From assembly GCA_951406725.2 (NCBI GenBank), contig OX597833.1, forward strand, positions 8,122,001 to 8,186,000: 64,000 nucleotides of DNA, given 5' to 3'. The notes beneath the pieces were generated by a model. The model had not been told where the DNA came from. It did no database searches and worked only from the letters and a program-made list of their open reading frames with translations. The position numbers were made by a program, and so were the translations under genes. This DNA comes from Octopus vulgaris (Eukaryota). Below are positions 28,139 to 43,587 of this stretch, piece after piece; within the stretch, counting starts at the first letter, position 1, and the number at the start of each line of letters is the position of its first letter.

Positions 28139-31100
28139 ATTTCCTTTACCACCCTTGCCCACCTCCTCTGTTCCAAAATCCATAAAAGATGTGAGTTAGA
28201 GATAAGTTCAACATGTCAAACAGTTACAAATATATTATTGGGCTTAAGAGCAGACACCACTTGTGTGAGACTAATCTTTAGGTTACATCTACACACATAT
28301 ACGCATTATACATACATACACACATACATACATCTATATATATATAGCACTGCATGTAGCTGCACAGGTAGCAACAACTAATACATACATATATGCACAT
28401 ACACGCACATATGCACGTTCTCAGCCAGACTACTGACTACTACATAACTACGCACGACTACACACTAAATACCAATGTTCAGAAGCAAAGGTGAGAAGCT
28501 AACGAACTCCAAGGAACATGAAGCACCTCTGCAAACCTTGTTTAAAATATACAGTTTTATCATTTAACTATTTTGATGTAGAAACATTAAATATTCTTTG
28601 GTTTAATATTTCCTCCAAACTATTTTAGCTTATTATTTCTAATTAACATATTATTGCTAATGATACTATTAACATATAATTAATATAATGTTTCTAACAT
28701 ATTCTCCATAGCAGAAGCTAAATTATCTTCAAAGAAAATAGAAAGACAAGTTTGGGTGTTGGAATCAATTTTAAACACCATCTGCTTGCTTTCTGCATGA
28801 CCTGGATGTATGTACACTCTTAGTCATTTGCAAGGGTCTTATATGCATACACGTGTGTGTGTGTGTGTGTGTAAAGAGCAAGGGTAAAGACCCCCCCGCT
28901 GTCATTCATGAATGGTCATGGGATTGCACCTAGGGAGTTCCCCTCCAAGGCATAAGTCCAGGCAAGATTGTTTATGGAGGACCAGCATTTGCCCATGCGT
29001 GCCAGCCTCCCCTCTCCGTGCCACCGATGTTACCCATATATATATATGCTTTATATAATCTTTTTTTAATGTCAAAACAAAGCAAATTAAAAGTTAAAAA
29101 TACAGGGTTATTACCAAGTATTAGTACTAACACACACACACAATAACAGTTTGGCTCAGCTCCACATAAAGTTTTGTAGGAATTGTCCACATCCTCATTT
29201 GATCAATAAGTCTGTCTCCAAACATCTGAAGTTGAATCAGATGCAGTGTGCAAGACGGAAGTCTATGTTGGTAGAAGAATGTGATGCAGATTGGATGAGG
29301 ACAACTGTAGAAAGAAGTACTGAATTATTGATGTGGAAGATACCTCTGGAAGAGGAAGATATGGGACACTGATTGGAAGCTGTTGCACCTGATGAGGGAG
29401 GATTTACAAGACAACATGATGATGCAGAAGACCTGATCGTTAGTGTAAGAAAGGTGAAATGGATGTGAAAATGATGAAGGCATGAGTTGGAGACTGAGAT
29501 ACCTATGTCTATCTATATATAGATAAACAGATAGATAGATAGGCAGGTAGATAGACAGGTAGATAGATAGGCAGGTAGATAGATAGGTAGGTAGATAGAT
29601 AGACAGGTAGATATAGACATGGTATGAAGTTCAACAAAGTGTAGTATTTTTGATCAGTTAAGAGAGTAAAAACCGCACAAAAACCTGTGAGGTTCAGGTA
29701 CCCAGGCTTTCCTGGCTGGAATTTATCTCACCATTGCTCCAGCTGGTAATGTTAACATGGTGGGTCATATATCACCTTGTAATTATTAAGTCTCCACCTC
29801 TAACCCTTCCTGCCTTATCAATACCTCTTCATCTCCCTATCACACACCCTTCTCCTATTCAACCATAATACTGGATTGTCCATACCCAATCTCTTCCTAC
29901 CAACATCCATATTTCACTAATCCCTTCTCTCTCATCACAATGTCTGAGTAAAGAGGGTCCACATCAAAACAGTCTCCACTTGGTATCCCTTGCCTCAGTT
30001 TACTTTTCTGGTCTCCATGCCAACCATCACACCTTCTATTCCATGCCACTCCTTATTGGCATCTGTCACTTTCTCATCACCAACCGTCTACATAAGTATT
30101 CATCCATCATGTCCTCTCTCTCTCTCTCTCTCAAGGGCAGTAACTCCAATGGAATCAGGCTATCAAGACCCATCCAAAACCTTGTAAACATGGGAAGCAG
30201 TCATAAAATGATGATGATGAATATTTTTTAAATTACTCGATACACACACACAAATATATATATATAAACACATTATATCTTAAGACACACACACACATGT
30301 ACATATATAGTTGTATGCAAAGTGGATCTGTGAGATGGTAACTACATTTATGCACAACATTATAGTGCAAGCAATTGCCAGTCATAGGGCAATTACCTTA
30401 TACTCAGTAGTTGCATGTTTTCTTCACCAGGGCTTACATTGGTGGTATGACTGATGTTAAGCAATGTTATTTTGTACATCTAAGCTCTTTCTCTAATAGT
30501 GCCATGAAACATTCAACCTCCTTTGCCACCCATATACATTACATCAAGATTGAGGGTATACTCTTCAACCTGTTCTGTGATGACACTCCCTACACAGGAA
30601 ATCAATGACCTTGTCAATTATATTGGCATGAATCATTCATTATATTACATCACAGCAAGGTCTCTCTACTACAAAACATTTTCTCATTACCTTAAATCCT
30701 TATAATTCTACCATTATGAATAGCCTCCCATTTTTGGTTTTTACTTTTAATTCTTGCCTCTTACAACTATAATTTTCTTACACTCCTCCTTCTCTTACTC
30801 TTTTCTTCCAATTCCTCTCTCCCCCACCCTAATCCCTGTAAACCTATATATTTATAAACACTATGAAATATTCCTTTTGCCGCATTCTTCTGACGATGGT
30901 GGCCTGGCCTAGTCTAATGGATCCATAGTGACTTGGGTTCTTCCATACAGTTATGAGATTATGGGTCTTTGTTATGTAAAGAACATAATTATGATATAAG
31001 CCATCGTGTGTTCGAAACAGATGTCAAGATAAGACCATTGCATAACTGATTTTTGGATTCTCAGTTCCATAATCTCTATTTTGTACTGAATGTAAATACA

Positions 31101-31553
31101 CTCATCAAACCCACTTGCATTTATCTGTCTTTCTACTTCATATATATATATATACACACATATATATAAATATGAACACAAACATACATGTGTACAACGC
31201 ATTTATTAAGGTCATGCATTTGTAAAAGTTATAATGTAATGTTGGTTATTATTGTTCTTATTCCGGATACATTTGTGACAACTAGTAAAACTACAACTAC
31301 TACTACTATTACTATTATTATTATTATTATTATTATCATTATTATTACTACTACTACTATTACTACAACTACTGCTACTACCAATACTATTCAATAACTA
31401 AAAAGCAAAATACCAATGAAATAGCTCATACATTGTAATAATAACAACATAAAAATAATAACAATAATAATAATAATAATACTTTTAGCACTTGCTGCTT
31501 CATATTCCGAGGAGTCTAAACTGAACACTAAATATCTACCTCCAACATTCATC

Positions 31554-31597
<44 letters not shown>

Positions 31598-33638
31598 TGC
31601 AAACACACACAGGTCAGCAACCAACTAAGTCTCTGTGTCAGATGACATTACCTGGATCAGACCACAATTGAAATTTGGCAATAAAATAGCAACGTTTACA
31701 AACAATCAGAATGGGGAAATTAAGAGAAGATGATCAGGTCGGAAGATGAGATGTTATCAATGGATCAGTTAAGCTGATCCTTGGATCAGTTCATATCAAT
31801 GATGATAAGGTAAGAGACCAGCCTAGTACAGTTATTCTGGTTTTATTCCATGGATCAGTCAATATGATCCATGGATCAGTCAATATCATCCATGGATAAG
31901 AAGAGAAACAAACAGGATTAGATGGAACTGTAATCTTTCAGAAATGTAGGATGAGTTCATTCTCACCAATACTCAACATGCATTTCACTACAATATGATG
32001 ACAGGATGTAATTGTTAGTAAAGACAGTGAATACTAATACAACAGCAACTATTTATACTACTAATACTAACACCGTTACCCACAGACATAGTCTCCAAAG
32101 CAAAACTTCACAGCAACACATGCTGAGTGAACCCCAAGTTTCCCATATTTTTTCTGGGTTGAAGAAATTTAACTGTTACTTGTAGGAGTTTAACCCTTTC
32201 CTTACCAACTGGCTGAAACCGGTGTGGCTCTTTAGTATAAATGTCTTGTTTTCATAAGTTTTGAATTCAAATCTTCCACCAAATCTTAGTTAAAATTTAT
32301 GTTCCTAACACTAGCTTAATGATAACGAAGTTAATTTACTAAATTCTTTGATATATTTAAAATTAATTGAAAGAAACACAGAGCATCTCAACAGAAATGC
32401 AGTAACAAAAGGGTTAAGGTATGGTTGCTAATTCTCACAGGGCAGGGTTTGGCTGCTAATTCTAACAGGTTGAGAATTGGTTACTAATTGGTGTCTGTAA
32501 TAGACTGGCATTTTGTTTCTGGTTCTGATAAGTTGGGGTTTGGTTGCTAATTCTAACGAGCCAAGATTTGGTTAGTAATTCTCTGAGGACAGAATTTTGT
32601 TGCTAATTCTATCTGGCTGAACAAACACAACTTTTGGGAAATTCCAGTTGAAACAAATTTCAACTAATTTGAATTCTTTGTAGGAACCATTTCACTTCAC
32701 GCCTTAACTAACCTTCAGAAAGTAATGCATGCCACAACTTCACATTTTCTCTCCCTTATAATATCTTAGACTTCATACTTGCATGAAGCATATTTAAAAA
32801 TTGTTATGTCAGCTATCATTAATACCATCATCATCATCATCATCATCATTACTACAACCACTGCCACCACCACCACCACCACCACCACCACCACTACTAC
32901 TGTTGCTGCTGCTGCTACCAAAGACAATTCCCAAAGATCCTCCTCCTCCTCCTCTACTCTGACATCTTAGAAGACATTTGCCCAAGGTGCCACACAATGT
33001 GATTGAACCAGGAACCATGTGGTTAGGAAACAAACTGCTTACCACACAGCCACGTCTGCTCCTCCTATAAAAGGCTTTCGAGGGGAGGGGAGAGGATAAA
33101 AAAAACCATGACTCACACATCTCCTTGGGGAAGTGTTGGCTGTTCATTGAATACATTCACCTCTCCCTAACACACACACACACACATTCACTCCCCACCC
33201 TTGGGCACTCAAGGAATCTCTATCTACTGCTAGGATGCCTTATCAAATTTCATCTTATCAATTATAACAAGAATCTATGAAAATATAAATTCTGACAGAG
33301 TAAATTCCCAAATTCCCAAATCTTCAAACTCGAAATAGAATTTGAAAAATAATAATAATAATAATAAATACAAACACATACAAAATAAAAAAGAAAAAAA
33401 ACATTTTAATCCAGTAACTTCCATTTCTCCACAAACTAACTGCTAGCCCCCCCCCTCCATTGACCCCCACCCGACCAAGAAACATGCATACACACACACA
33501 TACATGATCATATATTCATCTCATGGCCTGACATATACATACATAGATACATACACGCACACATACACAAACACATATACACATACTTGCGTACAGACAT
33601 GCAAATAGATACGTGTACACATACATACACACATACAC

Positions 33639-33677
<39 letters not shown>

Positions 33678-33738
33678 TACATACACACATGCATACATAC
33701 ACACATACACACATACATACACACACGCATACATACAC

Positions 33739-33769
<31 letters not shown>

Positions 33770-35215
33770 TGCATACATACATACATACACACACATGCAT
33801 ACATACATACATACATACATACACACACATGCATACATACATACATACATATAATCATACATACATACACACACATACATACATACATACACACATACAT
33901 ATATACATACATACATATACATACATACATACACACACACACATACATGAGGTAGGGTGGGGCAAAAGAGACACTGATCATTTTCACATCCATATTTCCA
34001 TGTTGGTATGGGTTAGATGCATGCCCTCTCCCTGCCTTTTCTACTGCTACAACAGGGGCCTCAGTCCCTTGGAGCTCTCTCTCTCCCCTCATGTCCACTT
34101 TACCCGGGTACTCCTGACTTACTCATCACTTCCTCTCACCCCACATCGAGTGTCCTGAGAAAGTTCAGTAAGGAAGCGGGAGTTGACCAAAGACGACATA
34201 TTCGGATCCATCTGAGACTATTTATGGTAATAAAGACATGGCATTGGATTCAGGGGGTGGATACAGAGAAGAAAAACTCAATGGAATCTTTAAGAATTTC
34301 TTGTGGATGGAATGAAGGATACCTTCTGCTGAATCATCATCATCATCATTGTTTAACGTCCGTTTTCTGTGCTAGCACGGGTTGGACGGTTCGACCGGGA
34401 TCTGGGAAGCCAGGGGCTGCACCAGGCTCCAGTCTGATCTGGCAGTGTTTCTACAGCTGGATGCCCTTCCTAACGCCAACCACTCAAAAGAGAGAAAGAC
34501 GTTTACAGCACCTAGGTTTCCCAAGCGGTCACCCATCTAAGTACTAACTAGGCTCGACTTTGCTTAACTTCGGTGATCGGACGAGAACCTGTGTTTTCAA
34601 AGCGATATGGCCGTAAAAAAAATGGCAACTCTGAGAATGAAACCTTCTGGATGGAATAACCATATTTTATACTCTCTGCAATAGACTATATTGAATACTG
34701 TATGGAATAAAGTATTATTTTATACTGCTTGGAACAAAACATCTCCAAACTATATAAAGTGGAAATTCTCAAAGAAATAAAACCTTGTTTGGATTAAACA
34801 CAACAATATAAATGATAAGACTAATTAGTGGAGAAATCATCAATTTTTAATACGATATTCTGTTAGGACAGGTAAGTTGACGAGCATAGGTAAGGGTTAA
34901 GAAGTTAGCTTCTTAGCTCTGGGGTTTTGGGTTCAGTCTCACTGTGCAGCCCCCTCAACAAGTGTCTTCTAACATGTGTCTCAGGCCAACCAATGCCTGG
35001 TAAGTAAACTTGGTAGATGGAATCTGTAAACAGTTTTTCATCTGTGTGTTTATACTTTTATTTCTCCAAACGCCCCAAAGCTATGAGCAGTGCCATTGTT
35101 GTTGTCATATCATCAACTCACTTTGCACTTTTGAAGAATAAGAGACTCCTTACTTGGCAAAACAGGTGTTAGCATCAGGAAGGGTAATCTAGCTGTAAAG
35201 CACTGCAGTAGTATA

Positions 35216-35251
<36 letters not shown>

Positions 35252-37291
35252 TGTATGTGTGTGTATACACATACATACATATATATATATATATATGTAT
35301 GTATGTGTATACACACATACACACACACACACACAAATAGATATACAAATACATGGTCTGAACTCTGCTGTGCATGTGCTACCATTCTAGCTCACTTCCA
35401 CTGTTTACAGCAGTGCTTGGAAGGAAGGTGTGTAGCATCTTTGCATTGACCATGACAGAGAAAGTTGAGCTGAGAATTTGCATCAAATTTTGCCAAAAGC
35501 TTGGTGATACCTGCAGAGAGGCGTACACAAAGTTTTCAAAAAGTTTCCATCGTTCTCGACACAGTCAAGGAGATCTTATGCAACTGAAACCCAGGTGTAT
35601 TTTTAGCCAGCTGAAAACAGTTTTGGCACAAATTTGGCAGACACGTGTCTCATACCCAAATCTTCAGAGATAATGGACTGGACTGAACTGTAAATAATCT
35701 GGACATCCTCTGATAACTCACAGATGGTGATTTGACAATTTCCCCTCACAGCTGCACTCGCATCTGTGATGTTTTTCTCAGTTCTGCTGGGTGTGGGTCT
35801 CCCAGAATGTTCATCAACATTGACATTTTTTTCGGCCATCTTGGAAAAGTCTGAACCACTCGTACACTTGTGTGCAGCTCATACACTCCTCACCAAACAC
35901 TTCCTGCAACTTTGCGCAGGCCTCTGAACAGATATTGCCATGACATCTTTCTCTGATCACATGCTACACACGTTCCTTCCAACCATTGCAGTAAACAGCA
36001 GAAGTGAGCTGGAACACTGAAACTTAGTGCACATGCATAGCAGAGTTTAAGGCTAATCTTTGCCAAGTGGCTTCCCTCTGCGTAATTTAGCTTTGTTACT
36101 ATGGCAACAGTCCGGATACTTATTGATCAGACCATGTATATACACGTGTGTGTGTGTGTATTCATCTAACCCATACAATCACGGGAAACAAAAACTGGAT
36201 GCAAGAACAAATGAACAAATAATGAACAAGACAATCTCCATCGTATCCGTATGGAGAGGAAAAAATATTATAATTTACAACATGGCTGTCATATTGAGTG
36301 CATCTGGATGTGTGAGGAACGAAGTAGCCATGATGGATGAGCAGTAACCAAGACCACAGAGGTGTTGATGGTCAAATATTAACATCTATTTTGGGAAAAT
36401 GTCACAGTCTTTCTTTGGCCTGAAGCAGAAATTCAATCTCTAAGGATAAAGAAAGAAAAAAACCAAAAGTCCTATTAATCCTCCAACAAGGAAACCATTA
36501 TAAGGGAAAAAACTGTAATTTATGATTTAGCGTGTCACCCTACAGTTTATACATTATTATAATAATATTATTTGCCCCAGCATGGCCGCGGCCTTCAGGC
36601 TAAAACCTTTTTAAGGATTTAAGGATTATTATTATTATATTATTATTATTATTATTATCATTATTATTATTATTATTATTACATTATTATTATTATTATT
36701 ATCATTACATTATTATTATCAAAGTTACATTATTATTATTATTATTATTATTATTATCATCATTACATTATTATTATTATTATTATTATATTATATTATT
36801 ATCATCTATTTCTTTTACTAGCCACAAGGGGCTAAACACAGAGGAGACAAACAAGGACAGACAGATGGATTAAGTCGATTATATCGACCTCAGTGCATAA
36901 TTGGTACTTAATTTATCGACCCCGAAAGGATGAAAGGCAAAGTCAACCTTGGCAGAATTTGAACTCAGAACATAACGGCAGACGAAATACCACTAGGCAT
37001 TTTGCCCGGTGTGCTAACGTTTCTGCCAGCTCACCTATTATTATTATCATTATATTATTATTATTATTATTATCATTATTATTATTATCATCATTATTAT
37101 ATTGGTTCTGTGTGGTTAAACCTCTGACAGTTTCACTGAAAAATGAAGAAGAAACATTTCTCATCTTGAAAGAACAAAAATTGCAGGAAAATTTGTTGCT
37201 TTTTATGGCCAAATGATTTAGCAAAAAGAAACTAACATGGACAATTGGAAGACTTTCTGTGCACATTTCTTTCCTTCGCTCTCTCTCTCTC

Positions 37292-37347
<56 letters not shown>

Positions 37348-40300
37348 GACAGGCTTCTTACAGTTTCCACCTACAAAATCCACTCCCAGGGCTTTGGTCG
37401 GCCCAAGGTGCCATGCAGTAGGACTGAACCCGGAACCATGTGGTTGGGAAGCAAGTTTCATACCACACAGTCACACCTGTGCCTATGTATCATCCTCATA
37501 TACATATATATGAAGGTGAGTGGCCCAGTGGATGGGGTGTTGCACTCACAATCTAAAGATAATGGGTTTGATTCCTGGACAAGTGACAAGTTGTGCTCTT
37601 GAGCAAAACCCTTCACTTCATATTGCTCCAGTCCACCTAGCTGTAAATGGGTCACCCCGTGATGGACTAACTTACTGACTGAGTGGAATGTTGGCCTGCT
37701 CACCTAACCAGTAGAGTGGTAACATTCAAAAGCTAAAATGATGAAAGCGCATTGTGACCAGCAATGTATAACAACATTCAATAGTCTGATTGATCACAAT
37801 CATGTGAGGAAGTCACTTGACCCTGTTATCTCCCCTATTGTCCCTCTCGCGTCTGACCACTGTCCGAAGTCAGGACGCCATGATAGATCGTTAGCTCCTA
37901 CACGCATTTTTTTCTCTCCTTGTTTTTTTCTGTGTCCCTTTCTGTCGAAGAGCATAGGCTCGAAACGTAAAAGATTTTTCTATTCCTGAGCGCTATACTA
38001 ATACATTTGTTTGTTTGTACTCCACCTGCCTTCATCTTTTGTTTATTTTCGTAAACTTTCCCTTTATATATATCTATATATATACACATGTATGTATTTC
38101 TAACAACATTGATTCCCGCAGTTGATAGGAAAAGACCTCTACCATTGCTCATGGGTAAATAATTGAAAAAGGGTCTATTAGCAGTCATGGATGCCTAGCA
38201 AACAATTGCTTTGAATAATTTTAGTAGTGTGACCTGCTCCTTGATGATAATTCATGTCTCATGCAGCTTATTTTCTAAAGAATGTTGCTCATGCCTGGTC
38301 TGTTAACCATTTATTTCAGGGTAGAAATTGCTAAGAAGACCAATTTTTATTCAACAAAATGGAGCCTCATACCATACAAGCCAGATATTACCAATTTGGG
38401 AAGGAACCCACAGAATCAAATTCCTGAAAGTAGTTACTTAAATCCCTGATTTTAATCCAAGAGAACCCACAAAGAAACATCTTGAAAGAAGGGGGTGAGC
38501 AAGATTATCAAAATTAACATCACTTTTAAGCAAAGAATGGATAAACTTGGATCAGTCTATTATGGAGAATTTAATTAGATCTAGGAATCACAAGGGGAAA
38601 GGTGTGGATATGGAGTTCCTAACTAATATTGAGGCAAATTTCAACAAATTTTTGGAAAATTTTTCATGATTTAAAGTCATGTTGCATTTTATTAGACTAC
38701 AAAAAGGCTACAGCCTACCTGTATACGTGGAGAGGGGGAGAGAGAGATGAGGGGGGGGAGGTAGTTGAACTATAAATATTTGTAATGTAATAATGTAAAC
38801 AGAGGCCAGCATCCTCCCATAATGAGGATGGATTCAGAAGAAATCAGAAACGCTCTTGACATTTCTCCACCACTCACACCACCCCTCTCAGTGTGGAGGG
38901 AGAGGAGGTGGTGGTGGTGGTGGTGGTGGCGGGGGTGGGGGTGCACTTAAGAAGTGAACCTACTAATGAGTAACCAGCCAAGAAAGAAAGAAAAATACAC
39001 GAAGAAAAGCCATTCCTTCTCCAGCTGGAGTTGATAGAAGGGAAGTAGGAGGGACACACAGACATCAACAGAAAAACAAGTTGAATCAGTTTGTTCCAAA
39101 GAGGAGTGGGGGGGGGGGTCCGGGGGGGTTATATTTAGAAAGCAATGTCTGCCAGGGATGTTGTTGAGGTGGAGCAGAAGCTGATAACATAACCCCCACC
39201 GCCCACCCCTACACCCACCTGTATCTCTCGGGGGGGGGGCATTCTCAACCATAAAACACTACACAACTTCTACACTTCATCACTAACCACACCACTCTGT
39301 ATCTACCCCCTAAACTACAGCCACTACACATGTTCGTAACCTGTCCATTTGACGTTCTGCCCTCCACCCCTCCATTTACCTTATTTCCAGGAATCATCAT
39401 CGCCCCCCCCCCACACACACACACACACTTATGTATGGTACATTAGTCTACCCTAAAATACCTGATGCCCAGCTCCTCGCCCACCCTGCTGCCAACAGAG
39501 TTTCTCAACTCCTTTGATTCCTATTTTAGATGGGTCCTCAAAGATATTCAATGTTTAAAGAATCATATTTTAGGAATTGTAGAAATAAATTCTTACAATA
39601 TTTGGTGCATTGTAGAAGTCTAAGCAATTTATTGCAGATAAATTTCAACAGCAAAATCTTATGCGAACCCCTAAAGACTGTATGAACCCCAGCTCAGGAC
39701 CACGGAAATGTGGGATTTTCCACTCCCAATCAGAAGTTCCCTCAAACTCTTTTTTTGTAATTTTACCTCACAAAGGGATCTGGCTTATAATTTCTGACTG
39801 TCCATTTGCATCTAATCACCTAATTCATTTAATTAGCATTAGTGGCTAAATATTCCACAGACACGTGTACCTGTAACAAAATTTTTAGGTAGAATGAACA
39901 TAACACAGTGACAAGGTTGTACCTTTAATTACAGGTACAATGCACCTGACAGGTGTAGTGTACGTGTATTAATATATATATTTTATAAATATTAATATTG
40001 TGCTAAGGCATAGCAATGCTGATAGCCTGCTGTTAGAACTAAATCTACATCTGCTTCAGAATTAGGCATTAGACCAGTATGGAGCATGGCTTTAGTATTT
40101 ATTAAATTTCGTGTGTGTATGTATATATATATATATATATATATATACAAGGTGGTATCAAAGTGTTCCCAGATTAGTTCTGTAGCACACCAACAGATGG
40201 CACCACACGGTTGTGTGCACAGTGAACGCTAGCAGTGACTTTCCTGAGGCAGTGTGCCACGTGACATCACTGTGTTTACTTCGCAAGTTCTGAAATTTAT

Positions 40301-43300
40301 GTGTTTGTGATTTTGTCATGGACAGGAACAAAGAGCCAATATGTAACTTTGCATTAAACTTGGGAAGTCTGCTACGGAGACCTTGAGCATGTTTCGGTAA
40401 GCGCTTACGGTGACGACTCATATGCAATATTTTTGAGAGGCAAAAGTGCTTCAAAAGGATGGCAGAGCTGCAGCTCATTCAAGAGCATACTGATGGGGTT
40501 TTTTCCCCCAATAGCCATAGAACTGGGCTGCATCTCAAGAATTCAAAGCCCAGCGCCAGGCTGTGACATTTTGAAGCATTTGAGTGAGGACATTCGGCGA
40601 AAATGACCAGATCTGTGGAGCACAAAACAAACTGAATTCTTCACCAATCTCTCCTCACTTGTGAGTTTCTCACAAAAAACAACATGGCATCACTCCTGCC
40701 CCTGCCCTATTCACCAGATTTAGCAATTGCAGACTTCCATCTCTTCTCCAAGATGAAAATGCAGCTCAAACATCGCCGTTTTAACACCATTGTTGAGATC
40801 CAGAGTGAATCTCAGAAGGTCCTCAACTCACGGAAAACGAATTCCAGGCTGGATTCCAAAAGTGACGGAGACGCTGGGACTGGTGTATTACTGAGTAAGA
40901 TGACTGTTTTAAAGGAAATGATGTTAAAACTTAGGTAAATAAGTTATTTTTTTCATTAAAGGTAACTAATCTGGGAACCTTTTAATACCACCTCATATAT
41001 ATATATATATACATATATTAATATTTTGTTTAGGCATAGTGATAGCAATAACCTGATGTTAGAACTCAATACAGATATACTTTAGAATAAAGCGTTAGTT
41101 GAGTACAGAGCAGCAATATAAAATTAAATGAAAGACAAAGTAACAAGAAATTATGCAATGGCCTTCATTGGCTTACAGGTGTTTCTGCTACGAGATGCAG
41201 TGCACTCAGAGGTGAGTGCATGTACATCACCTTATAACAGAAAGCTAATGAAGTTCATAGCATAATTTCTTGTTGCTTTGTCGTTCAATTTCGTATACAA
41301 GAAGACGGGTGACAGGAAAAGGGTTGTCCCCGTTCTTCTTGTAAAAGCTTAACCCTTTAGCATTTAAACTGGCCACATCCGACCTTAAAATATTTTACTT
41401 CGTTTAAGTTCAAACTGGCCAGGACCGGCCTCTCACAACTATTCTTCATTGTTATTGTAAAAGAAAACAATTACATCATCAAAACATCAAAGCTGTCAGA
41501 TAATTCCTGATTGATTCCAAACAATGCGAATAAAATAAGAAGAACATTTGACAGAGGAATCTCAATGCTAAAGGGTTAAACCAACCGATTCTCCATTAAA
41601 AAGCAATTCTTCAGTGCTTAATGTTAATCTGTTTTTATAAAGAATTGGATATAATTGTGTGTACATCAAATTTTAAAACATGTTCACTGTTCTACATTCA
41701 TATGTATATATATATATACATATGTATGTGTGTGAATGTGTTATAAATGAATAGAGACATCATTATTTTGATTTCTGCTGTTTCAAGTGTGTATACTGAA
41801 GTAAAATTTAATGTTTATAAATCTATACCATTTAATATGGCTCATATAGAATCTTAGCCATTATATATAATCTCATTTTTACATGAGGGATAAATCATAA
41901 CATATATATATATACATACATATATATATGCACAAAATATTGTATACATATAAGTAAAAGAAATCTTATACGATTGTCTAGAAATACAAATTGCCAAATT
42001 TCAAGTGCTGTCCAATCATTTCAGATAAATTCTTGACTTAGCAATAGTGCAGCTATGAGGAATGGCAAGGAAAACCCGATGAAAAACATTTCCTACCAGG
42101 CAGTACGTCGTATTCTTCAAGAAGACGGGGAAAATATGAGGCTGGCTGGCCATTAACAGGTAAGTTGATACGAAACCTATGTACTGCAGTGTAAAAAGCT
42201 GTAACTGGTAAAAAGAAGAAGACTTATGTGTGATTGGAATTGAAAAAGTAAATGTTTCTAGAATGAAACTAAAGCATTTGGATACCTACCGTGGAGATGA
42301 AATCGCAGGCTGCTTAGCTAGCTATGTGTATATATATCTTCGTAGATAATAAGAGCATACAAACATATATATATATAAAAGTATATTAAAGATGTCTAGA
42401 TGCGAGGCCTAACTGACAGAAAGGAACAAATCCCACAGTGGGGGTTGAACCAAACATCCATTCCAGGTCAGGTGACTGTTCTACAAATTACCATGGTTAC
42501 CCAAAAGAGGTAGGGACTAACTGCTCAAAGAGTTGCCTGAAACGACCTGAGCAAATACCAATAAATGGTGAATGCGGCAACACGTGGCAGTGGCACACGT
42601 GGAAGTTGCTCATGTGGAAGTGGCACACGTGCCATACTTGACCTAACACAACATACAAAGGATGCAGTGTTCAAATCCTGGAACTGGGTCACGCATTTTT
42701 CCTTCTGTCATATGTCATATAATACAGACATTGTTATAAACTTCTACATACATACATACATATATATGTATATGTATATATATACATACATGTATGTATG
42801 AGTGGCTATGTGTCACATTATACATATATATATAGACTACTTCATTAAAAGTAGAGAGACACTTAACGCCATACCATATATGGAGTTAATCATAGTAGAC
42901 ATTTATAGAAAATGAAACTGAAAGAGAATCATATAAAAAGAAATTTCTACATTGAGGATGTATATGTGTATAAGCATGTATGTATGTGAATGCATTGATG
43001 TATAGAGTGGAACCAAGTAAGTGTTTCAACAAGAAATACACATTATTATATATATATATACACACATTATTATATATATGTATATACACACACAGATACA
43101 TATATTTATTTTTTTTTTATTTCATAATATGCTAAGTACCAGAATCTTTGACTCCAGTCAAATGTAACAAACTTCTCCGAAACATTGTTAGAGCATCCAT
43201 ACAAATGGAGTCAAAACCAGCTCGTTTGTACTGGCACCAAGTCGTATTAATTGGGATAACAGTGTCAAACAAAATAGTGATTATTTTGAAATCATTTAAT

Positions 43301-43530
43301 ACTTACATTTCAGGTTTGTGTAATATAGAATTGGAAATGCATAAAATATTTTGAAATGTTTGAACTGATGAAGATCTTACATAATGGATGCATTTCTCAT
43401 TATATATTACAGACCTGAAACACATGGAGTAAATTACTTCAAAATATTATTTGCTTTGACCTCATTATTACAATTTATACACATATATATATATTTACCT
43501 AATACACAATATACAAGATGCATACATATA

Positions 43531-43587
<57 letters not shown>

